Assembly (NCBI RefSeq): GCF_964355755.1
Contig: NC_092672.1
Span: forward strand, 15,562,001-15,626,000
Source: Antedon mediterranea
Lineage: Eukaryota; Animalia; Echinodermata
Direction: 5' to 3'
DNA: 64,000 bases
The notes beneath the pieces were generated by a model. That model made no database searches. It was given only the letters and a program-made list of their open reading frames with translations, and was not told the DNA's origin. The translations under genes and the position numbers were made by a program. Shown piece by piece: positions 49,875 through 64,000 of the stretch. Each line of letters opens with the position of its first letter. The stretch's first letter is position 1.

Positions 49875-50840
49875 TTGTGATGATAATTTCCTGGAACTAA
49901 ATGTAGCAAACACCAAAGAAATGCGAATAGATTTCTGTAAACACAGAAGGGAAATTAAGCCTGTCCAGATTAAAGGACACAAGGTTGAAATCGTTATCTT
50001 GGGATAACGTATGACAATAAATTATCATGGGAAGAGCATGTTGTGCAATTAATTAAGAAATGTGCTGCTTGAGGAAAGAAAATGAATGGTTTTAGGGTTG
50101 GAAAGAGATACTTGCAATGTTTTATTCATCTGTTTTTTTCAATCTGGGATTATTGTTTAAGTTGGGGTGGGAATATAACAGGAAATAAGGTGATAAGAAA
50201 TATAAGGTGTTGGATATGGGCAGTAGGAGTGATTGGCTCATCGGCAGATTTGGTCAAAATCTGTGTAGTTTTCTCATCACATCTAAAAAAACATAGGAAT
50301 GCTCTTCACAGAAGTGTTTTTAAAACTGCAGCCTATCCACACAAATGACAAAATCAGCAGAATCTTAACCCTGAGTCTGAACAAAACAACACAACACCAA
50401 ACCTATTAAAAACGTTAGGTGAAGGCCTCGCCTAGTACTTTTCTATTTATTTGCTATCAAGTAGTGGAATTTATGTAACGCAGTGCTAACATATTGCACA
50501 CTCCTCCTGTGATTACGTAACAACAACTGTATTTAATGTACAGGGTGCTATTGTTTGCATTGTGTTAATGCCAATAAATGGTTTAATGAATTATGCTGTC
50601 TCTGCGCCCGTAAAATTACCATACAAAAAATCTAAATTTTCATAAAAAGGTGGCCGTAGTTGCTTACAGGAAGCACCAAATGCACTAATTAGATGAAGAA
50701 CAAACATGAAAGTGCGGTCAATAAGGGAGGTGGCCCACGGAGGTTCAGCAACTGTACTACATTTTTATACTATTATATAATCTGTTTTTGTGATAGGTGA
50801 GCAATGCAATTTCCAGTTTATTTGGACAATAAAAGTTATT
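49875..50840 (+). pseudogene. Decayed second copy of the Rex1-like LINE 3' end
   Basis: Homologous to the reverse complement of 18160-19057 (TGTGATGATAATTTCCTGGAACTAAATGTAGC..; GCAATTTCCAGTTTATTTGGACAATAAAAGTTAT). Confidence 0.75.
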
Positions 50841-52838
50841 ATATATGTAGTAAAATTATTAAAAAATGCACTGGATTCCATTAAAACTATTTTCATATTT
50901 GTACTTGGTTAAATTTGATATTTGCCCTGTGGCATTGTATGCAAAGTAATTCTTTTTATAATTGAATTGGAATATATAAGTGCCATTTATTTGCAAATTT
51001 GATGAGTTTTTTCCAAGCTTATTAGTGTTTTTGTGAAATACTAGGGTTTCAATTTGTTTTTTATTGATAATAGACTTTAGATAATGGCCTTAGTCATGTT
51101 TATCATTAGATATTAGATTGCGAAATGGTTGAAGTAAAGAGGCTAATGTATAATGAAATTAATGTAAAGATGGGCAGTGTGAACATTAACTATCTGGTAA
51201 CCGTTTTCAGGTTTTATTTCATTTGAGTAATTTGGGTGAAACTAAACATTGTTGAAGTAGGATGTCTATGTTTGAAATACATTAATTCAATTTAGTGGAA
51301 CTGGGATGAAGAATGAGGTAGTATAGTACATCCGTAGGCTGTTAATTAGAATCTAAAGAAATTAATTTAGCACAATCATTTAGTGGATGTAAAATTGGCA
51401 AATGTTAATTTCTGAAGTTGTTGTTTTGTTGGTTATAAAAATGCAGTTTTCTATACTACTTATTTATATCCTACCATATACCTATGTTATATTTTCGATC
51501 TCAAAGATAGCCATTCATTGCTCAGGTCCATTCTATTGTCGCCACAGATTGATATCTTCATCAGTACTTCTATGAATGGATTATTAGATAGGAAGATGTT
51601 ATGTCTAGCTATGGTGCCAGTAGGCAAGATGATACATTTGTTATTAGTACACTTCCTGTATTATCAGTTGGTTTACAAATACCACCTGTACCTATACCAA
51701 TTTGTATAGTCATATAGATAGTAGAATTGTGAATAAAATAGTTGTTAAAAAGTAGTCGAAGTGAATACATGTTTCTTTGAGTCAACTTTACAATACATTA
51801 CTACTGTACAAAGGTACTGGGGGTATATAACAGAACATAAACACTAGTTGGTTATACCCAGTACCGTTTTGATCATGCGATTAATCGGGAAACCACCTCA
51901 CGCCAAGAGAATGCAATGAGTGTTGACAAAGTGCGAGGCAGCGAGGCACAAAAGGCAAGCAAGGAATGCGAGGCATGCCAAATATTTGTGCAAGGCATCA
52001 TTTTATCATTTGCAAAAGAGCGAGGCATGTGAGGCATATAGTTTACAATTTTTAAAAGTGTGAGGCATATCATAGCGTTCTATGCTATATTATAGGTCTA
52101 ATAATCAATATTATTTATATTTTTATAATAGGCTTAGCGTATCTAAATAGATTTGTGTACACTCATCATGTTGTTTATTTTTATGTAACGATTGTTATTT
52201 TCATTCAAGTCATATCGTGTCAAATTTTACTTTTACAAAAGTGCCCAAAAAAGTTGTCTGTGGTAATAGTGTGCATGAATGACAGTCTTCAACTTCCAAT
52301 AAACAATAATTGATATAGCAAAACACATCAAATGACTGCATGCTTGATTGGCATTTCGAGCCTGTTCACTTTCCAATTAATTTAACATGTCTCTCGAACA
52401 TAGCAGAGTGAAAATAATATTTTGTCACACCCACACACGTTGATCCGGTAGAAAAAAAATAATGTTTTCAAAAAAACAAAATAAATAGTTTTTTGGATAT
52501 TTTCGCCACAATTCCTGCATTTTTGTTTTGGACTTCACAAGAATGAAATTATGAATATAGAATATGTTGATAAGTTATTAAAAACACAATATCCCAAAAC
52601 TGGTTATATCCTAGGACCGAAGTTTTATATTATGTATATTAAATCCTTGGGCGAAATCTTTCGTCAACATGGAATGGAATTTTTGTTAATATACAAAATA
52701 AGTAGATTAAAACTAAAATTCTCAATTCAATAACATTTATTTACTTCCTTTTAAGATTTAAACAATAATGGAATAAATAAGAAATAAAATAGACAAATAA
52801 CAATAAGGAAGGAAGAAGGCAGGTATCCCAGAAAGATA

Positions 52839-54645
52839 CAGGATCTTAAGTCAGGTCTGCCTCGGACACAAAACAAAGGGACAACGACAAGCAGGATCTT
52901 AAGTCAGGTCTGCCTCGGACACAAAACAAAGGGACAACGACAAGCAGGATCTTAAGTCAGGTCTGCCTCGGACACAAAACAAAGGGACAACGACAAGCAG
53001 GATCTTGACTCAGGTCTGCCTCGGACACAAAACAAAGGGACAACGACAAGCAGGATCTTGAGTCAGGTCTGCCTCGGACACAAAACAAAGGGACAACGAC
53101 AAGCAGGATCTTAAGTCAGGTCTGCCTCGGACACAAAACAAAGGGACAACGACAAGCAGGATCTTAAGTCAGGTCTGCCTCGGACACAAAACAAAGGGAC
53201 AACGACAAGCAGGATCTTGACTCAGGTCTGCCTCGGACACAAAACAAAGGGACAACGACAAGCAGGATCTTAAGTCAGGTCTGCCTCGGACACAAAACAA
53301 AGGGACAACGACAAGCAGGATCTTGAGTCAGGTCTGCCTCGGACACAAAACAAAGGGACAACGACAAGCAGGATCTTGAGTCAGGTCTGCCTCGGACACA
53401 AAACAAAGGGACAACGACAAGCAGGATCTTGAGTCAGGTCTGCCTCGGACACAAAACAAAGGGACAACGACAAGCAGGATCTTAAGTCAGGTCTGCCTCG
53501 GACACAAAACAAAGGGACAACGACAAGCAGGATCTTGAGTCAGGTCTGCCTCGGACACAAAACAAAGGGACAACGACAAGCAGGATCTTGAGTCAGGTCT
53601 GCCTCGGACACAAAACAAAGGGACAACGACAAGCAGGATCTTGAGTCAGGTCTGCCTCGGACACAAAACAAAGGGACAACGACAAGCAGGATCTTGAGTC
53701 AGGTCTGCCTCGGACACAAAACAAAGGGACAACGACAAGCAGGATCTTGAATCAGGTCTGCCTCGGACACAAAACAAAGGGACAACGACAAGCAGGATCT
53801 TGAGTCAGGTCTGCCTCGGACACAAAACAAAGGGACAACGACAAGCAGGATCTTAAGTCAGGTCTGCCTCGGACACAAAACAAAGGGACAACGACAAGCA
53901 GGATCTTGAGTCAGGTCTGCCTCGGACACAAAACAAAGGGACAACGACGAGCAGGATCTTAAGTCAGGTCTGCTTCGGACACAAAACAAAGGGACAACGA
54001 CAAGCAGGATCTTGACTCAGGTCTGCCTCGGACACAAAACAAAGGGACAACAACAAGCAGGATCTTGAGTCAGGTCTGCCTCGAACACAAAACAAAGGGA
54101 CAACGACAAGCAGGATCTTGAGTCAGGTCTGCCTCGGACACATAACAAAGGGACAACGACAAGCAGGATCTTGAGTCAGGTCTGCCTCGGACACAAAACA
54201 AAGGGACAACGACAAGCAGGATCTTGAGTCAGGTCTGCCTCGGACACAAAACAAAGGGACAACGACAAGCAGGATCTTAAGTCAGGTCTGCCTCGGACAC
54301 AAAACAAAGGGACAACGACAAGCAGGATCTTGACTCAGGTCTGCCTCGGACACAAAACAAAGGGACAACGACAAGCAGGATCTTGAGTCAGGTCTGCCTC
54401 GGACACAAAACAAAGGGACAACGACAAGCAGGATCTTGAGTCAGGTCTGCCTCGGACACAAAACAAAGGGACAACGACAAGCAGGATCTTGAGTCAGGTC
54501 TGCCTCGGACACAAAACAAAGGGACAACGACAAGCAGGATCTTGAGTCAAGTCTGCCTCGGACACAAAACAAAGGGACAACGACAAGCAGGATCTTGAGT
54601 CAGGTCTGCCTCGGACACAAAACAAAGGGACAACTACAAGCAGGA
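52839..54645. repeat. Satellite: 34 tandem 53-bp units
   Basis: Unit CAGGATCTT(A/G)A(G/C)TCAGGTCTGCCTCGGACACAAAACAAAGGGACAACGACAAG; highly homogeneous. Confidence 0.97.
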
Positions 54646-55119
54646 CGCATTTTTTTTCCCCCATGAGACCAAGGCAGAAATCATGAATAATTCATTAGAA
54701 TACTTATGACATAATATTGGACATTTAGAGGGTGCTTATAAGCATGGAGAGAGATTAAATAATTTGTGTAAACAGCGTTTGCCAACCGAAATGTTTGGTC
54801 CAGTAGTAAAGGCTTTAACCTGTTTAGGCCTGTTTATACTACGTTTAAACTATAACGATACACAATATAAAAAAATCACTTACGGTAAGTTAAAATCAAT
54901 AGTTCACACTAGGACAATAACTATACGATTCTATTGTGTACGATAAAAGATAGTTTTACATACCGCTTGCGTGATCGATATTTTATTGGGACATGAACGA
55001 TAAAATATTTCAACCAATCAGAGAGCTTTATTTATGGCAAGCGCCAACAAAAATCAGACAGATATCAAGTCAATCGCTATGGAGTCATCCATGGGCCTAG
55101 ATGAAACGTTAATCCTCAT

Positions 55120-55390
55120 TGTACAAAGATACACAGAGGCAGAGAGGCACGCCAAATATTTGGTTTACAATATCAAAAAGGTGCGAGGCATATCTTAACG
55201 TGCTATTATGCTATACTATAGGCCTAATAATCAATTATTTATATTTTTATAACAGGCCTAGCGTATCTATAGATAAAATATATATAAATAGATTCGTGTA
55301 TACACTCATGTTGTTTATTTTTATGTAACGATTGTTTTTTTCATTCAAGTCATATTGTGTCAAATTTAAATTTTACAAAAGTGCCCAAAC
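55120..55390 (+). repeat. Dispersed repeat, direct copy of ~52000-52250
   Basis: GAGGCATATC..TACACTCATG..TTTTACAAAAGTGCCCAAA shared on both sides of the satellite. Confidence 0.7.
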
Positions 55391-56621
55391 TGTGCATCCG
55401 TATGCGCAATATTTTTAAAATCTGAACCACAGTCTTCAACTTTCGATAAACAATAATTGTAATAACTCATCACTCCCCCCATAGCACGCGGTTTCAGCAG
55501 CAACGCAGACTTCTCTCTGAGCGGCGTGCCAAAGACATTTTTGACATTACATTCAGGAAATCAATACTAATAGTAATACTAAGCCTAAAATTATACTTGA
55601 GCTAATATGCTTAGCCCTAACCTAGAGGCCTATGTAGAAAACAATTTTGATATAATAATATTTGGTGTAATATTAATAATGATACACTATTTCTGTTTTA
55701 GTAGGCTAGGCATATTACGAACGATTTTTATTTATTGTTGTCCATTTACGTACTAATAAACCTGGCGCTAGTTTCCTTTGCTTGTATTTTGACTCCAAAT
55801 TTGATAACTAACTTATCCTTAGAAGTATACCTCATAAGTAGTTTAATGAAGAATCACCAAAAAAGTAACAAATAAATCCTTAAATTAATAATTTTACAGG
55901 CGTGTTTCACGCACAATGTTTGCGAATTTTCCTTATTTAATGTTCAATATTTTTGTTTCTATGGAGCGCCAAAAGAGCAACGATAATAGAGGACTAAAAC
56001 TCAGTGGAATGCGTCAATTTTTCATGCATTTATTGGTGAAAACACATTTAATTTCAATATATTTGTTAATTTGTCAATAAAAATTTGACAATTACTTTTT
56101 TTAAAAGAATAATAATCGATCGTAAATCAACATGACTGGGTCCTCCTAAATACCAAGACCTACCAAGACCTACCAAGACCTGTCAATTTAAAGTGTTAAT
56201 TTAACGAAATATGATATATATATAGACTTCTAATAGCATTTCTAAAAATAAAACCTCAATTTTAGCGCGATATAGACACCAAAAATGTTAAATAATCGAC
56301 AAGCTTCAAATTCACGAAACGAACTGAGTTGATGCATACATTGCGTCACAAATGTCCGTATTGTGTCAACTAGCATGACCTACCAAGAACTGTCAATTTA
56401 AATGTATCGCATGTAGAGCATCTTGTGTATATGTTTGTCTTGTGAATGGGATTGCCACCTTTGAGAAGGATAGTGAATGAATTCACTTGTGGTTATCCTT
56501 GGCAATTATTTGCCTAAAAATGAGAATAAAAAGAATAAAAAAGAATAAGTAACAATAACATTGTTGTATTTAATTTCAATAGGACACAAGATAGATGCAT
56601 TAGAAAAAAATAAATGTTTTA

Positions 56622-58182
56622 TTAGGTGATCATTTAGAATAAAATGATCACCTATTGTTATTGTACGAAATCTTTATTGTCATTGTTGTTATTGTTCTAC
56701 TTTTTGTGTAACAATTATCTCAAAAAGTAAAATAGCAATGATCACAAACATTTTATAATGTCTTTCAAATACTTTAACTTAACCATAATAAGCTTTTCAG
56801 TGTGATCACTCAACCGTGACGTCAATAATATGCGATTTTGTGAAATCACACTATCAATCATATCTCCATAATTCATTATCACATATCAATGAAATTCACT
56901 ACACGTAAACGTCAGGTCAAGGGTAAAAATATTAGCAAATAAAAACGCGCGCGTTTCAAGGTCATGCGTGTGAAATCGCGCGTTAAAAATTTAAAAAGCT
57001 CAAAAGTTTTGATCAATTTAGAGCATGAATTAGGCCATTTGCGTGTTTCAAAAAATGACTGCGCAAAAAAAATGTTTTATGCGCACAATTCTTAAAATGC
57101 ATAGAAAATATAAAATTTGATGTATAAATTACATTCTACTCATAACTCTTAGTACATTCACCGATTTTGAGTCCATTCCCTCTTAAAATAACGCTATACG
57201 AGCACGTTAAAAATGACAAAATGCGCACATTAATTTCACAAAAGTTCTGAAAATGCTGAAAAATAGGTCTTTTTTAAAATGAAAATAACTCTTCAGAATG
57301 CAAGATGACCCCAATTAACTTATTCAGGAAGCCATTGAGTTGTAGATATGAATTCATGTACACATTTGATGTACAAAATGTTTTGACATCATCAAATGGA
57401 CACTTGAATTTAAAAATTAGGATTTTTATCTTTTTGTGTAGATTATCACATTCAACAGAGCGTATCTCGGTTATTTGTGCTCGAATTTTGCACAAATTTC
57501 AGTATATGCTTGCTTAATTATTTATCTTTCCATAAGTGGTCAGCGTTTTCATTTTGATGACGTCATCACGCGTAAAAACTTGAATAACGTAGGACGTGTA
57601 ATTTCACCTACACCATACATTTGAATATCTTACAGCTCTTTAGAATTAAAGGTGACCTTGAAGATTATAACTTTTTATGAAAGCTGATGAAATGTAAAAT
57701 ATAAAATAAATCATAATCGGATGTTGCGATGTTATCATATGGCCAATTGAAGTTAAAATGTAGTTTTTAAATTCCTTTAGTCAAAGTTATACAAATTTCA
57801 AAGAGAGCGCATTGCGCTTCTACGTGACAAATTCTCTTCCAATTCTTATATTTATTTGCTCAATTCATTATCTTTCGAAATTGTTAACTTTGAGTTTATT
57901 TTGATAATTCCATCATACCAAAAAATTAGAACATGATGTGTGTCCCGTAATTTCACCTATGCTACACTGTATATAGGTATACAGTATATACTGTACATAT
58001 TGTATATGGCATATAACAGGCACAACTCAGCACTATAAGCGTATAATAGGATGGCATACATCAACATTTTCCAATTGTACAGTATGTTAACATATTATGT
58101 GCATGTTCAAAAATATTAATTTCAATAAAATGATAAAAATGATCACCTATAATTCGTCAAAGTGACGAATTAAATTCTAGTT
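56622..58182 (+). mobile_element. HINE-like element, copy 2
   Basis: TAGGTGATCATTT..AAATGATCACCTA hairpin; 3' AAATGATCACCTA; TTCGTC/GACGAA hairpin; CTAGTT end. Confidence 0.78.
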
Positions 58183-58919
58183 GCTATTTGGGATTGTCAA
58201 TTGCATTTAATTTATTTATATGTAGGTTTACAGTAAAACATATAAGAAACGCCACTGGAAAAGTTTGTGGCCTATATTTTCATCCTCATGGTATGAATGA
58301 CCTATTAAATACGCGAGTACGGATTTAGTAACGGTACTAAATAAAACATAAAAATACTTGATGGTTTCAAGAACATAAACATTACTTATTAGATCCGTAT
58401 GCTCCTATATCGACTGCGGTAAAACAGTAGTCTGCATCTACAAGGGCCAACAGAACGATACAAAACGACCCCTTGTAGTTGAAAAACAAACTGCCTGACT
58501 AGTTAGGGGCTTTGATGTATATGCTTTCCGTCAATTGCCCCAATACAGTTTGTTTGGGTATTGCCATCGCCTATTAAAACTGTCTAAAATCTGCCTACAC
58601 TGTTGTTCATTCGGCGAAGACATATATATATAGGCTGGAGACATCTCCACAGACTTCAGCAAAATTTGTTGGTTGACACAGTAGCCTTTCCCATACGGAA
58701 ACTGAAACCTATAGTTTTATAGGAATCTCTGGTGGCCAAAAGAACCTGATAATTTAACATAAAAATAATGCTACAGATTAATCTCATAACAGAAACTTCA
58801 ATGTGAAGAAAAGAAACTTTTCTTATACTAAATTAATTATCGATGACAGCCCTCAATCGGTATTTAGATCGATGTACCTACTTAGCCTCTACTGTATATG
58901 TGGCACATGCAAGGGAAAC

Positions 58920-59298
58920 GGGTATTGCTAAACCCCGCAAACCTAAAAAAAAACATAGCAAACCCCACCAAACCAACATAAAAGTGATTGAATCATGTAG
59001 TGTACGACCCACTTGGTATTTCAATGTAAAAAACAAAAATTTAATTTCTACTGTTAACAACTTATTTTTGGGGTAAAACATCATTTTTTTGTCAAAAATT
59101 ATTGCTAAGCCCCGCAAACCTCCAAAAAACCATAGCAAACCCCACCGAACCAACATAAACGTGATTGAATCATGTAGTGAATCATATACTGGGTATATAA
59201 AATTTTAAATTTCTACTTTTAACTACTTATTTTGGGGATAAAACATCATTTTTTGGTTAAAAATTAGCTGTTAGGGTTTGCTGTGTTTAGCAATACTC
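58920..59298. mobile_element. Small MITE with internal duplication
   Basis: GGGTATTGCTAAAC.. and ..GTTTAGCAATACTC termini; ~180-bp unit present twice. Confidence 0.55.
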
Positions 59299-61477
59299 AG
59301 GGAAACCAGACACAAGTCGCAATTTTCAAAATTGAGATTTCCACAAATACTGAAACTAAATAATCCAAGATTTAAAATGCTGAAAAAATATCTTGATACC
59401 ATGTCTACTTCCAAAGATATCTTAGTCTAAAGTTTTGGTTGTTACAATCAGTATTTTGAGAAAAATGCTTTTAATTTAAGTAACAGGAAATGACAACTAC
59501 AAAAAAATAAACAGGGCGTCTAAGTTTACGCCTTAGCAAAAGGGTATTCTAATTGTTTTATTTCAATGAAATTTCGCACCTTCCTAAATTAACTATTGTT
59601 CTATTATTATGCAAAATTTTCATTAAAATCAACCCAATGGAACACTTTCAATTTAAGCATAAAACATGATAGGTTTTATGAAAATCATATGAGGCATGGC
59701 ATCACAAAATCGGCGTAGTGTCGGAAATAATATTTTTTTTTTATTTTTAAATATTCGTAATCTATATTTAATAAGCTTTAAAATGAGCCGTTGTTTATTA
59801 AAATTGGTTTATTATATGAAGAGTTATTAATGAAAACATACGAGTCACTTTCTAGCTCAGGAAAACTTCATTTTGAGAAAATCAACAATGAAGTAGCGAC
59901 GCCGATTAGCTTGGCCCAGCCTAGCCCGCCGATCAACGCGACAAGACTCTGTCAAAACTCGCTATTTTCTTCTCAATATAACGGCAAACTAGTCAAAAAT
60001 ATATCACTGTGTGGTACATAATATTATATATTTTGATATTTTTTAAAAATATATGGATAAAAATAACAATTAACTTCCTAAATATTCACAAAATGTTGAA
60101 ACATTCATTCGAGAAACCACGATAGAAGCCATGCTGCTTATCGTAAACAAAAGCGTTAGCCAATCAGAGAGCGTAATTTATCTCTATAGCCAATCACAGT
60201 CAATGATTCATAAATTCTTCTTAGAAAATTCAGCAACCTAACACCAGAACCAATTTTCATTGGCTAGATTTTAAAAAATCTCTTAGGTTGTTAAAAATTA
60301 TGGTAGCTGATATATTTTCGAACAGATAGGTACCAAACATGACGTGATTCGGGTTAGTGGTTTGTTTGCCGTTCTAGTGCATTGTAAGTCGTTTAAAACG
60401 ATTTACAAACATCTCATAATGTCATTTACCAAACACTCTAAAGCTCGCAAATTACGACATGTGGAACATGCAGCTGATACTTACCTAGGGTACCAAAGCA
60501 AGCTAACAACTTGCCTGTACTTTACATCTATATTTTTACAACGCGACGATGTTTTTCAGCTTTTATATAAGCATAAACTTGTGCTAGGCCGGTATTATTT
60601 TCTTACACGCGCGCCGGGTCGATCGCGGTGACTACTTCTTTGCATCCATATCATCCATGCAGCTAAAGTAAAATGACGTCACGTTAAAGCGGGTCGTCAC
60701 AGAGTCTCATTCATATTAATGAAGCAAACTTGCTGAGAGTGTTTTCCACCACCACGTAACACATGCGACGCGAGATTTATCGAAACTCCGAGCCATCGAC
60801 TGACGATCATGTTTTTGACAATTAAAATCACGGCATATTCAACGACCTGGTTTAAACGATCGTTTAAAAATTAGCGGTCCGGCTCGATCATCATTACATT
60901 GTATTTAGTGATTTGAAAAAAACAAAACACCTCTTTTGTCATCGCGATTTGTTTATGAGAATCATCGACGGAAAAGCAAATAAAACAACAAGGGTCATGA
61001 ATTGTTAATATTTTAATAGTAATATGTTTTAATAAAATATAGGCCTAACGGGATAATTTTCATAGGCACTATACAGTCCTAGCCTTTGTTTTTATTGTAC
61101 TTAATAAATGGGCGCGTAGTACGTAGCACTGACCATGTCACTTCATAAACTCTATTGATCGTCGGAGGTACCGCTACTCTACAATACGGGAGTGACGATC
61201 ACAAAGAATGCCGACCTGCTTAGTAGGACGCGACCAAGCTCACCACGTGGCTTTTATCAACTTGCTCCTTTTACACTTAACTGTGAATGATCGTTGGTAA
61301 CGCTAGAGATTGATAGTACACAAAGGATGTCGACGTACATGCTTGGTGGAATGCGATCAAGCTGACGATGTGCTCCGACGTATTATTTTCACTATGAAAA
61401 TGACCGTCGAAACGATACGTGTTTTTAAAATCTATCTCATTTAAAAAAAAAAAAAAAAATCTTTAAAAAATAGAGCT

Positions 61478-63620
61478 CACAACCAAACTTACAATCACTA
61501 AGCATACTGTTTAAATTGTCAATGTAAACATTATATAACAGAGGAGACATAACACCACCCTGTCTAACCCCATTGGTAACTTTAAAACCTGAAGACATAG
61601 AGTTACCCCATCTAACAAAAAATCGTTGATTCTCATACCAAGATTTTAGAAGTCTAATAGCAATAATGTTTGTTTCTCTCATAATTAATTGCCTGTACAG
61701 TGACCAGTGATTGACTCGGTCGAACGCTTTACTCGCGTCGCGAAAACAAGTAAATACGGGGCTCCCATTCCTATTATAGTAATCCACTATCTGCTTAAAA
61801 ACAAAGATACAAGTATCCGTTGAGTGTTGACTTTTGAAAGCAAACTGGTGATCCCCTGACTTAAGGGTATCTCCACAATAATTGATTAACAATGTTTCAA
61901 ATATCTTAGATACAACAGAAGCAAGAGCTATAGGCCTATAATTGTCCATACTCGTAATGTCACCAGATTTACTCTTAATTATAGGCACCAGTACAACTCG
62001 TGCCATTTCATCAGTGACATGGCCGTGAATACACATAGCATTAAAACATAAACTAAGTAAAGTAATAACATGTTTTGAAGCATACTTCAAATGCTCTGCA
62101 CTAAGCCCGTCAAACCCAGGGGATTTACCACTATTGAGCTTATTTATACTATCAAATATATTACTATCAGTACAAATTTTATTATCAAAAGCAGATACAT
62201 TAATTTCGTTAAGATGTCTTTCAACATAAATTCTATGAGTATCATTGTTAACACAATTGAAAAGCTTCTCATAATGATCAGCCCATGTTTTACATATATT
62301 ATTATCCCCTCTAACATCATTAATAATGTTAGATGAACCAGAAGATGAGTTGTTCATACGCTTTACGTTATTCCAAAAACTGTTAAAATCGTTATTAATA
62401 TAAGAGTTCGCAATCTTATCAGCTCGAAGCTGCTCTTCATTTTGTCTGCAGTTCCGAAGAGCCAATTTAAAACGAGATCTAGCAACTTTCATGGTATCAA
62501 ATAAAGGACCATGTCTAGGTTTCCCATTAAATTTCCACAACAAGAAAGCTTCCCTAGCTATATCATGAGCTTCCGAAACATAGTCGTTCCAACCGGGAAC
62601 AACGTTAAAAGATTTACTTTCATGCGAAACAAATGAATGATTAGCAGCTTGATTGAGACAAGAAATTATATTATTATACAAAGTATCAATATCATCAAAA
62701 TGTTTAGTGTCACCACAATTCACATCATTGCATGAACATACTGAAGGAGGAATAACAACATCATTAAGCAACAATTCAGTACGCTCCTGATAGTTGTAAA
62801 TTTCCTGATGAGTAACCTTCTGCCAATTTATATTGCTTGTATAATTCTTTTGGTTATCTTTTTCATGTTCAATTTCAAAAGAAAAATCATAAACAAAGCA
62901 AAGTGGAAAATGATCCGAACCGATCATGTCATAACGTATGGAAAGCTCTTTTATCCGAGCATTAGCTCCGTTGGTAGACAGGACATGGTCAAGCCAACTC
63001 GTAGCAAAAGCATCACTGATATAAGAAAAGTTATCAGAGTGCTGTCCTAATAAATTTAAATCAGTTAAAATCAAGTCGCACTCGGATGTAAAATTGAACA
63101 ATTCAGCACAAAATCTTTTTTTGTGATCAGCATTAAAATCACCGCATACAATAACATTATCACCATGGAAATCACTAATTATAGATTGAATTGTACCCAG
63201 GTAGTCAACAAATTCAGCGAAGTGCTCATCGCACTCATAAGGAAGATATACATTGATAAAGAGTGTAATATCATTACCACTTCCTAGTTCCAAACCAATA
63301 ATCCTATTGTCGTTGTAATTAACTGTTTTGATGTAGTCGTGCAAACATTTTCTATAAAATATGGCAATGCCTCCATAGGGGCGTCCTTCATGTAAGCCAT
63401 CGGAACTCTTAACAGACGATACCCCAAAACAATCAAACTCTTCATGTAATGATTTTAATATAGGTAACTCGTCATCAAGCAGCCAATGCTCCTGAATGGC
63501 AATAATATCATTACTCATGCAAAGATCATAAATTTCTTTTTTGCGAGATTTAAATGACCTACAGTTAAAAGAAACACATTTCAGTTTACTACAATTAATT
63601 TTAGATTCACTATTCATCAT
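61478..63620 (-). pseudogene. RTE-X-like LINE ORF2 (APE plus RT), truncated just before the YADD motif
   Basis: SFNCRS, IQEHWL, GDFNAD, SDH, YRPIAL, DASKAFD, GVRQGGVMSPLLYNVYID; then unrelated low-complexity sequence. Confidence 0.85.
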
Positions 63621-64000
63621 GATGTATTGTTTGCCTTATCGGTTCATAATACCATCTGATTATAGCAGATTGAGGCCAGAGCTCCGCTTCATTAATATAG
63701 TTCTTATGTGCAAAATCGCATTCAACCATAAACGAAGTATAGTCAGAACGCTTACTAGGCAACACTTCCACAGTAACGTCAATTTTCTTTACTCTTTTTA
63801 GATACGATTTTATATCGTCCGCTTTAGTATCAGGACTCAGATTTCCTACATACATCTTGTAAGGTGGGGGATCCCTACCTTTTAAAGCAATATCAACACC
63901 GGTTCCACGCTTGAAATTACCCCGTTTGCGTTTTCGTCTTGGGTACTGAAAGCTGTCATCACAATCCATCCAATCACGAGCGTCCGGATCACTGGAAGGC
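63610..64000 (-). CDS. C-terminal part of LINE ORF1 (runs off window)
   Basis: YVGNLSPDT..SFMV..LWPQSAIIRWY, typical of LINE ORF1 C-termini; overlaps ORF2 by 11 nt. Confidence 0.7.
   Translation of the reverse strand, partial: PSSDPDARDWMDCDDSFQYPRRKRKRGNFKRGTGVDIALKGRDPPPYKMYVGNLSPDTKADDIKSYLKRVKKIDVTVEVLPSKRSDYTSFMVECDFAHKNYINEAELWPQSAIIRWYYEPIRQTIHHDE

Noticed and set aside
50870-51720. Possible highly decayed LINE on the minus strand
   Set aside because: Only faint motif remnants; not supportable without an alignment.
52839-54645. CRISPR array
   Set aside because: No unique spacers and no cas genes; a plain tandem satellite in eukaryotic DNA.

Overview
AT-rich eukaryotic DNA (GT-AG introns; invertebrate-type repeats; taxon not determinable here) made almost entirely of transposable elements, with no conventional host gene recognised. 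Left end (1-9347): right part of an IS3EU-like DNA transposon with two convergent, spliced, decayed genes (a DDE transposase and a protein with a HECT-like remnant). Centre (17650-33900): a nest of up to five levels: Helentron-type repeat > MULE-like MITE > Rex1/Babar-like LINE > young Gypsy LTR element with PNMA-like gag > CR1/L2-group LINE. Also present: a decayed Mag-like Gypsy, an RTE-X-like LINE, several MITEs, a hammerhead ribozyme and a 34 x 53-bp satellite. Two observations stand out. (1) Each Gypsy LTR has the order TATA / 108-bp exon / GT..AG intron whose last 108 bp are an exact copy of that exon, with a poly(A) signal just before the copy, suggesting an LTR intron regenerated at each reverse-transcription cycle. 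(2) The innermost LINE is inserted in frame in Gypsy pol and carries a 2A (StopGo) motif that could release its ORF2 protein from the polyprotein. Family names come from motif recognition, not database searches.
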